Positions 27,851 through 37,227 of a stretch of 64,000 nucleotides of DNA are shown in pieces. The notes beneath the pieces were generated by a model, which was not told the origin of the DNA, did no database searches, and saw only the letters and a list, made by a program, of their open reading frames with translations. The stretch is from an uncultured Chryseobacterium sp. GTDB lineage: Bacteria; Bacteroidota; Bacteroidia; UBA10329. The number at the start of each line of letters is the position of its first letter. Position 1 is the first letter of the stretch. The stretch lies in the NCBI GenBank assembly GCA_964457245.1, contig CAYWET010000003.1, positions 77,006 to 141,005 of the forward strand, given 5' to 3'. The translations under genes and the position numbers were made by a program.

Positions 27851-30800
27851 CTACCTCTCAGTCTTCAGGCCAATTCCCAATTGCTCCTCAATAAGCTGAA
27901 GCCGTGCTTCATTGGTTTCTTTTTCGGTTTTGAGTTCAGTTTTTAGAGACTGAATTTCTTCCTCCTGCTCCTTATTAACCTGAATAAGCCATGCGGTGAG
28001 TTTGCTGTAATCGACCGACTTATATCCGTTCTCATCGGTACTCACGCATTGCGGTAGAATCTCTTCAATTTCCTGCGCAACCACACCAACTTGCTGTGTG
28101 CTGTCAACGCCTTCTTTCCAGTTGTAGAAGTAGCCGTTTACTTGCTGCAGTTTGCTCAAAGCATCAGGAATGATCTCAAAATCCTTCTTCCATCTAAGGT
28201 CGCTGAAGGTGTTCCAAGCATTCGCGCGAGCCACGGTGCCGTCTCCGCTTTCGCCTACTTGTAGTTTGTAACTGGGGCTGATTGTTCCGATGCCCACATT
28301 GCCCGATACTTCTTGGATGGTCATGGCCGTACCTATCCCATCTTCGGTGAACTGAAGGTCTTTCGCGTTCATCTCAATTTTCCACGTGTTGGCATCTGTA
28401 TCTTCCAGTATCAGAACTGGACGTGGATTGGCTATCCTGATGCCTTGATAGTCACCTCCGATCGTGCTATAAACCGTAAGTCGGCTCGTTGGGCTATCCG
28501 TACCGATACCCACATTTCCGGCCGTATCGATTACCATGGCCTCTGTGCCGCCAACGTCAAAACGGATGAAATCCTCGTCCGAACTTTCCTCTACTTGAAT
28601 TTTGGTGTCTCCATCAGCATCAGCCACTATGGGTAGCGTAATATCGACCGAATTGCCATCTTCAATACTCAGTTCAGTGCCTGAAAGGCTCAGTTGCTGA
28701 TCATCAGTATCTACGGCTGCATCTGCCCAGCTGATGGTTCCGCTACCGTCTGTGCTCAGTACTTGACCTGAGCTACCATCTGAATAGGGAAATTGATAGT
28801 CGTTTATTGAGACGCCACTGGAGGAAACGCGGAACCCCTTCTCCTGCGCAGCAACATAGGTTCTGAAACCGTAATCGCGTAAGTCATAATTTCCTCCTCT
28901 ACCATCTTCATAAACGCCAGAATTATCAAACCGCCATCTGTAACCCGAACTCAGCACTATTGTGTACTGTTGGCCTGCCTCTACCTGTACGCTGTCGGTT
29001 GGAAAGCTGTGCCACCCTGAACTTGGTGCTGAAACTATGGATGAGATATACAGTAGCTCTCCATCGGTTCCCTCTCCCTCGTAAAAGGAAATCGTCATAT
29101 CATCGCCACTTCCTGAAAACCTGAGATCTATTTGTGTGAGGTATCCCGAAACGCCTGCTGTTAACGACTGCCATTCAGCAACATTATCAAATGAATTACC
29201 ATTGGCGGTCTCAACGGATTGGTCTATGGCCGAACTATCTATACCGCTGGTCTTCACATGAAAAGTCGTTATCGGTGACAACCCTATTCCGAGTCCATCA
29301 CTATTGAGTACCATTTTCTCATTACCTGCAATGTCAAAACGAATGATGTCCTCATCGGTGCTTTCCTCTACCAGTATCTTGGTATCGCCATCGGCATCGG
29401 AGATGATGGGCATGGTGTCAGCTGATGCGGCCTGCCAAGTTGCGTTTCCATCAGCATCTGAGGTAAGCACATAGCCATCTGCTTGGTTGCCATCTTCGTA
29501 CTTGATGCTGCCGTCAATATGCAGGGTTGCATCTGGCGTGCTGGTGCCAAGGCCTGTGTTTCCATTCTTGAGAATGACCATGGCATCTGATGTTGCTGTT
29601 GAACCCGTTCCATTGCCGATAGTAAAAAGACGGTCGTCCTCATCCCAATCATTAACATTATCTGGAGTGTAACTGGTATTGTACCGTCCTATGGTAATCT
29701 CATATCCGGATGGGGCTGAGACGTAATTACCAATTCCTATTGCTCCTGGTCCGCTGGTAGTTGAATAGGTGCCCAAGGCCATTGAATAGTCGCCAGTGGC
29801 TTCGGAATAGGAGCCTATGGCAGTAGAATTGGCCCCGCTAGCGGTAGAATAAAAACCGAAAGCCATAGAGTAAGTGTTGCTGGAGGTGGCTACAGCACCA
29901 AGTGCCACAGACCCATTACCGCTTGCGGTTGAACCAGTTCCGATGACCGCGGATTTAAGGCCACTTGCAGTAGTTCCAAAACCCATCGCGGTTGCGTAGT
30001 CTCCAGTTGCTCGAGTATTGTATCCACTTGCAAATGAACTCAGCCCAACGTTATCGGAATTCCAATGCGTATTGGTAACTGTCCCTGCTCGAAAGGCACC
30101 TTTTCCTTTATCAAAAAAGAAGCGACTATCATGATCTGCGTTCCCATCATCATCCAACTGCGTAGATCCGAACACGAAGTCGTCTGAGGTCTCATCTACG
30201 GCACTGCCCGGCAATACCACTCCGCCAAGGGTGTCGAAGACCATGGTTGATGAAGTTGCCGAAATGGTATCGTTGCTGATGCTGATGTTGTCTCCAGCAA
30301 TGTAGCTTCCCGTGGCACCTGTTGGCCCCTGAGCACCTGTTGGCCCGGTGGCACCGTCTGTACCTGTCGGACCTATCGCGCCATCTGCACCTGTTGGACC
30401 TGTAGGGCCAGTCGCTCCAAAAAGACCGGAACCTTCTTGTTGCCAACTGGCGTTTCCATTGGCATCAGAAGTAAGCACGTATCCGTCAGCTTGGTTGCCA
30501 TCAACCAATTTCATGCTTCCTACCACATGCAGTTTAGCTTCTGGTGCGCTGCTGCCGATACCTACATTGGCATCATTGCCCAACACCACCGAGTTACTTT
30601 GTGTAACGGTAGCGTCTGCCCCAATTGCCGTGGCGTTGTTGATGGTTGCACTGCCATCTGCCCCATAACCGATGTAAGTGTTCTTCTGGCCCGTGGTATT
30701 GCCATTACCCGATAAGTAGCCGATGGCCGTGTTATATGGCCCCGTAGTGTTAGACCCTGCCTTAAATCCGATGAACGAGTTGGCATCTGAACTCACATTG

Positions 30801-31777
30801 GCCAGACCCGCTTCCGAACCGATGGCCAGATTGTAACGTCCTGTTGTGTTGTTGAAACCTGAAAGACGACCGATGAACGTGTTGAAATTACCATCGGTGT
30901 TGTTCTGACCCGCCTTGTAACCGATAACAATATTGTTGGAGGCCGTGGTACTAAGCATTCCAGCTGAAGTACCCAGATAGATGTTGGTCGAACCAGTTGT
31001 ATTCTCTCTTCCTGCCTTGTTTCCGATAAACAGGTTGTTCGAGCCCGTGGTATTCTCCTTACCCGATTTGTTGCCGATGAACGTGTTATCTACACCTGTA
31101 TTGGAATCATGATCTGTTGCGGTTCCAACATAGGTTGAAGTGTTATCCACCGCCAGTAGCATTTCCGAATTGCTCAGAATACGTGAATCTACGGCCAGAT
31201 CAAGGTCTCCTTCGGTAGTGAAACGCGCTACTTCGGTGTCGTTTGTTCTGATGGCTAGGTCCTGTCCATCAGTAGTTCCAATGAAGTTGGTGGCATCATC
31301 CGTGCCGCTGTTACCGTTTATGGTCCAATCGTTGGGATCGGAGCGGGTGCCTCCATCCACGTCAGCTGTCCCGCTCCTTGCAGCGTAGAGTGCGTAGGGC
31401 ACACTCAGTAGTTGGGAGGTTCCCACCTCCTCAAACTGGCCACTATTGTCCGCATCCAACCAAACACGCAGGTAGTGGGATGCAGAGCCCCAATCAATAT
31501 TCTCGAAATCGCCTTCCAATACTTCCCCAGCACCAATATGCAGGTTAAAAAGTCCGAGCTTGTTGGTCAGCACAACATGTTCTTCCGCGTACACTGGACG
31601 GTCGAGGTCGGTATCGCTTATGATGGCCATTCGCAAGGAAACTTCTGTATCTGTCAATGGCTTACCATCTGCATCGCGTGCAACGGCCTGATAGTTGAAC
31701 TTCTGAGGTGCTTGCTGGGCAACAGCATAATTAAAAGAACTGAGAATTAGAATGGATAGAAATAAGAGCTTTTTCAT
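27851..31777 (-). CDS. Giant secreted fibre protein with a C-terminal phage-tail-fibre-type intramolecular chaperone (peptidase S74-like) domain
   Basis: Signal peptide MKKLLFLSILILSSFNYAVAQ. YadA/Hep_Hag-like repeats (NxxxGxxAGxxNTTG), a collagen-like run (GATGPTGPTGADGAIGPTG...), two DADGDTKIxVEESxDEDxIRFD motifs, and the C-terminus SDLRWKKDFEIIPDALSKLQQVNGYFYNWKEG...VGVVAQEIEEILP followed by a coiled coil. Confidence 0.85.
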   Translation of the reverse strand: MKKLLFLSILILSSFNYAVAQQAPQKFNYQAVARDADGKPLTDTEVSLRMAIISDTDLDRPVYAEEHVVLTNKLGLFNLHIGAGEVLEGDFENIDWGSASHYLRVWLDADNSGQFEEVGTSQLLSVPYALYAARSGTADVDGGTRSDPNDWTINGNSGTDDATNFIGTTDGQDLAIRTNDTEVARFTTEGDLDLAVDSRILSNSEMLLAVDNTSTYVGTATDHDSNTGVDNTFIGNKSGKENTTGSNNLFIGNKAGRENTTGSTNIYLGTSAGMLSTTASNNIVIGYKAGQNNTDGNFNTFIGRLSGFNNTTGRYNLAIGSEAGLANVSSDANSFIGFKAGSNTTGPYNTAIGYLSGNGNTTGQKNTYIGYGADGSATINNATAIGADATVTQSNSVVLGNDANVGIGSSAPEAKLHVVGSMKLVDGNQADGYVLTSDANGNASWQQEGSGLFGATGPTGPTGADGAIGPTGTDGATGPTGAQGPTGATGSYIAGDNISISNDTISATSSTMVFDTLGGVVLPGSAVDETSDDFVFGSTQLDDDGNADHDSRFFFDKGKGAFRAGTVTNTHWNSDNVGLSSFASGYNTRATGDYATAMGFGTTASGLKSAVIGTGSTASGNGSVALGAVATSSNTYSMAFGFYSTASGANSTAIGSYSEATGDYSMALGTYSTTSGPGAIGIGNYVSAPSGYEITIGRYNTSYTPDNVNDWDEDDRLFTIGNGTGSTATSDAMVILKNGNTGLGTSTPDATLHIDGSIKYEDGNQADGYVLTSDADGNATWQAASADTMPIISDADGDTKILVEESTDEDIIRFDIAGNEKMVLNSDGLGIGLSPITTFHVKTSGIDSSAIDQSVETANGNSFDNVAEWQSLTAGVSGYLTQIDLRFSGSGDDMTISFYEGEGTDGELLYISSIVSAPSSGWHSFPTDSVQVEAGQQYTIVLSSGYRWRFDNSGVYEDGRGGNYDLRDYGFRTYVAAQEKGFRVSSSGVSINDYQFPYSDGSSGQVLSTDGSGTISWADAAVDTDDQQLSLSGTELSIEDGNSVDITLPIVADADGDTKIQVEESSDEDFIRFDVGGTEAMVIDTAGNVGIGTDSPTSRLTVYSTIGGDYQGIRIANPRPVLILEDTDANTWKIEMNAKDLQFTEDGIGTAMTIQEVSGNVGIGTISPSYKLQVGESGDGTVARANAWNTFSDLRWKKDFEIIPDALSKLQQVNGYFYNWKEGVDSTQQVGVVAQEIEEILPQCVSTDENGYKSVDYSKLTAWLIQVNKEQEEEIQSLKTELKTEKETNEARLQLIEEQLGIGLKTER

Positions 31778-31804
31778 AATATGTGTTTTTGGATGGATTT
31801 GGAA

Positions 31805-34800
31805 TTATTTGGAGGTTTGGGTAGTTGAATTCAACAATGCTTTCAGCATCTCTATATCTTCCGATAGGGAAGCATAGTTGGTGGTAAGGCTTGCATTCTC
31901 TGAGTTCAGCTTTTCAATGATTTCCTGCTGCTCTTTATTGACCTGAATAAGCCATGCGCTCAACTTGCCGTAATCGACCGATTTGTAGCCGTTCTCATCC
32001 GTGTCAACAGCCTGCGGCAGAATGGCTTCAATTTCCTGAGCGACCACGCCTAACTGTTGCGTGCTATCTGCCCCTTCTTTCCAGTTGTAGAAGTAACCAT
32101 TGACCTGATCAAGCTTGGTCAGCGCATCTGGTATGACCTCAAAATCCTTCTTCCATCTGCGGTCGCTGAAGGTGTTCCAAGCATTGGCGCGGGCAAATGT
32201 TCCATCTCCGTTTTCACCGACTTGAAACTGGCTTGAAGGAGCTGTTGTACCCACACCAACGCGACCTGTCATATCTTGAATAAACAGATGAGTTCCAATA
32301 CCAACCTCAGTAAATTGCAGGTTACGCGCGTTCATTTCCATTAGCCAAGTGTTAGCATCGGTGTCCTCCATTGTGAATACCGGGCGCGGGTTGGCAATTG
32401 TTATACCACGTGAGGCCACCGTGCCAAACACTTCCAAATTATCGTCAGCGTTTGTAGTACCTATGCCCACATTGCCGAAAGCGTCTATCCGCATCTTCTC
32501 TGTTGGAATTTGCGTGACCGAACTACTGCTGCCAAGAGGAGTTGCCGTTTTGAAAACGATTTCCGACAAGGGGTTGATACCTCCATTACCTGTTGCGGCT
32601 CCACTGGAAAGAATGAGTGTACCACCATCATTGTTGGGCGTTCCAGATTGTGCGTTTCCGGCTTGAATTATCAGGTCATGACCATCTCCAGCAGTGGTTT
32701 CTTCAACACCAATGGTTCTATCTGCATTACCTCCCAGAGTAAGGTCGTAAGTTGGTGATGATGTGGCGATACCTACGCGACCTGCATTATCAATGATCAT
32801 CCTCTCGGATCCGTTGGTATCAAAGCGAATCTTGTCGTCATCAGAGCTTTCTTCTACCTGAATCTTGGTATCACTATCAGCGTCAACTATCTCATCACCA
32901 GAAGCCGTTGTTAAACTAGTTGGGTTCGTCCACGCAACATTCCCAGAACCGTCTGTAACCATCAGGTATCCATTGGTTCCATCGGCCGCTGGAAGGCTGT
33001 ATGCGTTATTGATATTCAGCGTTCCGTTGACGCGGAGAAGATTATTGTCGAATTCTCCATAAATAAGCGGTGTATTCGAGTTTGAATTCTCAATGTAAAG
33101 ACGGTTTCCGTTGACCTCGTTCTGACCAGCACGATAACCGAGCATCACACTTCCGTTTCCATCATTGTTCTGTCCAGTTAGAAAACCGAGGAAAACATTC
33201 TCCGATCCGGTGCTCTCCTCGCCAGATAAAAGACCAATCATTACATTGTCTTCTCCCGCTGTATTCTGTTCTCCAGATTGCGGCCCGATGGCAATATTTC
33301 CTCCAGTATTATTGCCCTTCAACGAGCTGTAGCCAATGGCAATATTCGCGAATGAATTTGTGCTTGAGGCCAATGCCTCACTACCGATAGCAATGTTGGC
33401 GATGCTATTATTCTGAGCAAGTGCATTGTATCCAATAGCCACATTATCATACCCTGTTATGTTATCTCTCCCAGCATTTTTACCCACATAGGTATTCTTG
33501 TTATTACTTAGGTCATCATCTGTTCCGGCATTTTCTCCGATGAAAACAGAATTCCCGTTATTGACAGCCTCCAATCGAGAACCCGCCATGCGCCATTTTT
33601 CCGTGCCACGGATGTCAAATCTGATAATGTCTTCATCTGTGCTTTCTTCAACCTGAACCTTGGTATCCGAATCAGCATCAGAAAGTTCATCTTGAACGGG
33701 AATCGAAACGGTTCCGCCACCATTACTAAGCGAGATGTCATTGCCTGTAATGCTAAGCGTTTGAATCTCATTAGTAGAACTGCCGTCTCCATCTGCTGCA
33801 GTAGTAATCATTGTCGGGTCTGTCCATACCATAGTACCATTGGAATTTGAAATAGGGATGTAACCTGTCTGCTGGTTTCCATCTACCATCCTTATTGATC
33901 CTACCACGTGCAGTTCTTCAGCTGGTGCAGTAGTATTAACACCCACCATACCATCTCCATTTCCATCAATGGTCATTACATGTTTGGTTCCTACATCTGC
34001 ATTGGCATCCGTGCCAGCGTCCCACAAAAAGAAGTCGATAGCGTTGGTGGCATCCTGACCAGAATTATGCCTTGTTTTTATCGCATGCTGAAAAGTCGCC
34101 CCACCATTATATCCGAGGGCAATCTGATTAGAAGCGAAAGAACTTCCATCATTTCCATTTCTAACTAATAAGGATGTGGTACCAGAACCGTCTCCCGCTA
34201 CATCCAAGTTGGCTTCAGGAGATTGATGCCCAACGGCCAGGTCTCCATTAATACCAACAATATCATTATCAAACTCACCATAAATAAGTGGAGAGGTTGT
34301 GTTGGTATTTTCTATGTATAATTTATTATCTCCGGTTTCTGGCCATCCAGCAGAATATCCTAGAAAAACGTTGTTGCTTCCGGTGCTACCGTAACCTGCT
34401 GAATAACCCAAATAGGTGTTGTTTGAACCCATGTTATTGTTGTGGCCAGACCAGCTTCCAATTGCCACGTTGTACTGACCAGTTGTATTATCTTCCATGC
34501 TATTGTAGCCCAAGGCCGTATTACCGAGCCCCGTTGTGTTGCTTGCAAGAGTGCTTCTACCTACCGCGGTGTTCAGTCTGCCCGTGGTATTGCCGGTCAA
34601 AGCATCTTTTCCGAAAGCAGAGTTTGAATTTGCCGTTGTGTTCGACTCCAATGCGCCATCTCCTACCGCTGTATTATCACCACCCGTTGTATTGCTGGTT
34701 AGTGCATTGCCAACAGCTGTGTTACGGTTTCCTGTCGTATTCGAAGTCAATGCTTGATACCCAAATGCCGAGTTGTTCGAGCCGGAGTTCACGTTAAGCG

Positions 34801-36916
34801 CCTGAAATCCGAATGCAGCACTTGAAGGGGTTCCATAATCCAAGTAGCCGGCCTTCTCGCCATTTACTCGGATTGTGAGCGGCTGCGCATCCGTTGTACC
34901 AATGAAATTAGTTGTGGGATCGGTTCCCGTATTCCCTGCCAAGCTCCAACTTTGGTTTGAAACAACGGTGGTAGGATCAGTCCAAATCATTGTTCCGTTG
35001 GCATCAGATACAGGAATGTAACCCACCTGTTGGTTGCCATCAACCATACGGATGGCACCTTGCACATGAAGTTCATCATTAGGCGAAGTTGTACCGATTC
35101 CAACATTTCCATCTCGCGTAATGGTCATCCGCGCATCGGCAAGAGTAGCTGATGAGTTATCAGCTACATCGTTCAGCAGAAAGTGCAGACTGCCGCGTGC
35201 CCAAGCTGCTGTGCGTTCATTCACAATGGCAGCTTTGGCCCAATTGCCATTGGTTTCGTTGCTAAAACCCAACCCAACAGAATTACCTCCCGACTGCGTG
35301 TCATTACTATTACGCAAGAACAAGGGCAAGTTGTAACCATTGTTGGCCACTTGAATATGAAGCTTCTGCTGAGGAGTATTCGTTCCTACACCCAGGTTTC
35401 CAGTAACCGAAGCTGTTCCTGCAACCTCAAATAAGGTTGTTGGAGTTGTTGTTCCTACGCCCACATTGCCGTTACTGGTAATTGTCATTCTGGCATCGGC
35501 TAGAGTGGCCGAGGTGTTGTTGGTTGCATTGTTTGTCAGAAAATGAAGACTACCTAACGCCCAAACACCTGTACGCTCGTTCACTATGGCGGCTTTGGCC
35601 CAGTTGCCGGTCGTCTCGTTGGTAAAACCGATGCCGACCGAGTTTCCACCAGACTGGGTGTCATTGCGGTTTCGTAGAAGCAATGGCAAGTTATAACCAT
35701 TGTTTGCTACCTGTACATGCAGCTTTTGAGAAGGGTTAGTGGTACCAACACCAACATTTCCAGAAACAGTGGAATACTGGTTATTTCCATTGATTGTCCA
35801 ATCACCATCATCCGCAGTAGTAATGGTGGCTGGATCCGTCCAGATCATTGTTCCGTTTGCATCCGAAACTGGGATGTATCCAGAGGCCTGATTGCCATCC
35901 ACCATCCGAATGGAACCATCCACGTGTAGTTCATCGTGAGGCGATTGTGTCCCGACACCCAAGTTTCCGTTGATACCGATTATTTCGTTATCAAACTCTC
36001 CATAAATGAGCGGGCTCGTAGTACTTGAGTTTGCGATGTATAAACGGTTTGAGTTACCCTCACTTCTACCAGCACCGTTTCCGATAAATACATTGGAAGA
36101 ACCGGAAGACCACTGGCCTGCCGCCCTTCCAAGGAAGACATTCCTATCCCCCGTGTTGTCTTCTCCAGCATAAGGACCAACCATAACGTTTTCGCCACCT
36201 GTGCCGTTATCCTGTCCTGCGGCAAGCCCAAGTAGAACGTTTGAACCGCCACCGGTTTTATTCCTACCTGCAGAACCTCCAATGACTGTGTTACCGCCTC
36301 CTCCGGTCATGAACTGTCCTGCAGTATTACCCATCATTACGTTCCAGCTTCCACCTTGCATGTTTCCACCTGCGTTGGCCCCAATAAATGTGTTCACCTC
36401 ACCACTCGCTAAACCGCCTCCAGCCTGAAAACCGACCACCGTGTTATATCCTCCGGTAACTGTTGAACTCAAATTATTGCCCAGATAAACGGAGTTGCTT
36501 GTGGTGTGCAGATATGGAAAGTTCCCTATCCTTTCCAGCTGGAGTACCTGATTGCCAGCAACGTCAAACCGGATGATGTCTTCATCGGGGCTTTCTTCTA
36601 CTTGTACTTTGGTGTCAGCATCTGCGTCTTCCAATAGGTTTGATGTGCCAGTACTACCAAAATCAACCCACTGCGTTCCGTCCCAACCCTCGAAGTTGGT
36701 TCCGTTCCATCTAATGGTTCCAGCACCTCCTTGTGGTGCTGTGGTGTTGTTGTTGAAATCGGTGCCTATCTTGATGGCTCCATTCACATCCAACATTTCC
36801 AAAGGATTTGGCTCGTCAATACCCATTCCGCTCTGAGCATGAACCACTTGTAGAGCAGAGACCAAGAATAGAATGAGACCGATAACGAGACCCTGAATGA
36901 ACGTTGACTTTTTCAT
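31805..36916 (-). CDS. Giant secreted fibre protein, tandem paralog with the same S74-like C-terminal domain
   Basis: The likely start is ATG 36916 (MKKSTFIQGLVIGLILFLVSALQVVHA); the track begins at 36964. Three DADxDTKxQVEESxDxDxIRFD motifs, YadA-like repeats, an internal 120-aa duplication, and the C-terminus SDRRWKKDFEVIPDALTKLDQVNGYFYNWKEG... Confidence 0.85.
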   Translation of the reverse strand: MKKSTFIQGLVIGLILFLVSALQVVHAQSGMGIDEPNPLEMLDVNGAIKIGTDFNNNTTAPQGGAGTIRWNGTNFEGWDGTQWVDFGSTGTSNLLEDADADTKVQVEESPDEDIIRFDVAGNQVLQLERIGNFPYLHTTSNSVYLGNNLSSTVTGGYNTVVGFQAGGGLASGEVNTFIGANAGGNMQGGSWNVMMGNTAGQFMTGGGGNTVIGGSAGRNKTGGGSNVLLGLAAGQDNGTGGENVMVGPYAGEDNTGDRNVFLGRAAGQWSSGSSNVFIGNGAGRSEGNSNRLYIANSSTTSPLIYGEFDNEIIGINGNLGVGTQSPHDELHVDGSIRMVDGNQASGYIPVSDANGTMIWTDPATITTADDGDWTINGNNQYSTVSGNVGVGTTNPSQKLHVQVANNGYNLPLLLRNRNDTQSGGNSVGIGFTNETTGNWAKAAIVNERTGVWALGSLHFLTNNATNNTSATLADARMTITSNGNVGVGTTTPTTLFEVAGTASVTGNLGVGTNTPQQKLHIQVANNGYNLPLFLRNSNDTQSGGNSVGLGFSNETNGNWAKAAIVNERTAAWARGSLHFLLNDVADNSSATLADARMTITRDGNVGIGTTSPNDELHVQGAIRMVDGNQQVGYIPVSDANGTMIWTDPTTVVSNQSWSLAGNTGTDPTTNFIGTTDAQPLTIRVNGEKAGYLDYGTPSSAAFGFQALNVNSGSNNSAFGYQALTSNTTGNRNTAVGNALTSNTTGGDNTAVGDGALESNTTANSNSAFGKDALTGNTTGRLNTAVGRSTLASNTTGLGNTALGYNSMEDNTTGQYNVAIGSWSGHNNNMGSNNTYLGYSAGYGSTGSNNVFLGYSAGWPETGDNKLYIENTNTTSPLIYGEFDNDIVGINGDLAVGHQSPEANLDVAGDGSGTTSLLVRNGNDGSSFASNQIALGYNGGATFQHAIKTRHNSGQDATNAIDFFLWDAGTDANADVGTKHVMTIDGNGDGMVGVNTTAPAEELHVVGSIRMVDGNQQTGYIPISNSNGTMVWTDPTMITTAADGDGSSTNEIQTLSITGNDISLSNGGGTVSIPVQDELSDADSDTKVQVEESTDEDIIRFDIRGTEKWRMAGSRLEAVNNGNSVFIGENAGTDDDLSNNKNTYVGKNAGRDNITGYDNVAIGYNALAQNNSIANIAIGSEALASSTNSFANIAIGYSSLKGNNTGGNIAIGPQSGEQNTAGEDNVMIGLLSGEESTGSENVFLGFLTGQNNDGNGSVMLGYRAGQNEVNGNRLYIENSNSNTPLIYGEFDNNLLRVNGTLNINNAYSLPAADGTNGYLMVTDGSGNVAWTNPTSLTTASGDEIVDADSDTKIQVEESSDDDKIRFDTNGSERMIIDNAGRVGIATSSPTYDLTLGGNADRTIGVEETTAGDGHDLIIQAGNAQSGTPNNDGGTLILSSGAATGNGGINPLSEIVFKTATPLGSSSSVTQIPTEKMRIDAFGNVGIGTTNADDNLEVFGTVASRGITIANPRPVFTMEDTDANTWLMEMNARNLQFTEVGIGTHLFIQDMTGRVGVGTTAPSSQFQVGENGDGTFARANAWNTFSDRRWKKDFEVIPDALTKLDQVNGYFYNWKEGADSTQQLGVVAQEIEAILPQAVDTDENGYKSVDYGKLSAWLIQVNKEQQEIIEKLNSENASLTTNYASLSEDIEMLKALLNSTTQTSK

Positions 36917-37227
36917 GCCTTTGAGATTTTGATGTTTCAAAGTTCTAGGCACGTGCACCCTCAACGTTTACACTTTTAGAATGTGGTTTTACACTATTCT
37001 GAAATCGGGGAGGATGAACAGCTGTTTTTGAACTTAGAACAAAGGTCTTGGCTAAATGCCTGCATTATGCGACAACTTTCGGTAGAATGGGAATCTTTAA
37101 CGGGAGCGTTACTCGTGAATTTCTTAATGTTTTGAACTTAAATAGATATGAAAACTGGTAACATTCAATCAATCGATAGACGAATTCGTAATGCATCTGA
37201 TATCACCATGCATTATACCTTTGGGTT

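Noticed and set aside
30192-30668. ORFs 30192-30446 (-) and 30348-30668 (+) inside fibre 1
   Set aside because: They are alternative-frame or antisense products of the collagen-like GGN-NCN repeat. The main frame has a signal peptide and conserved domains.
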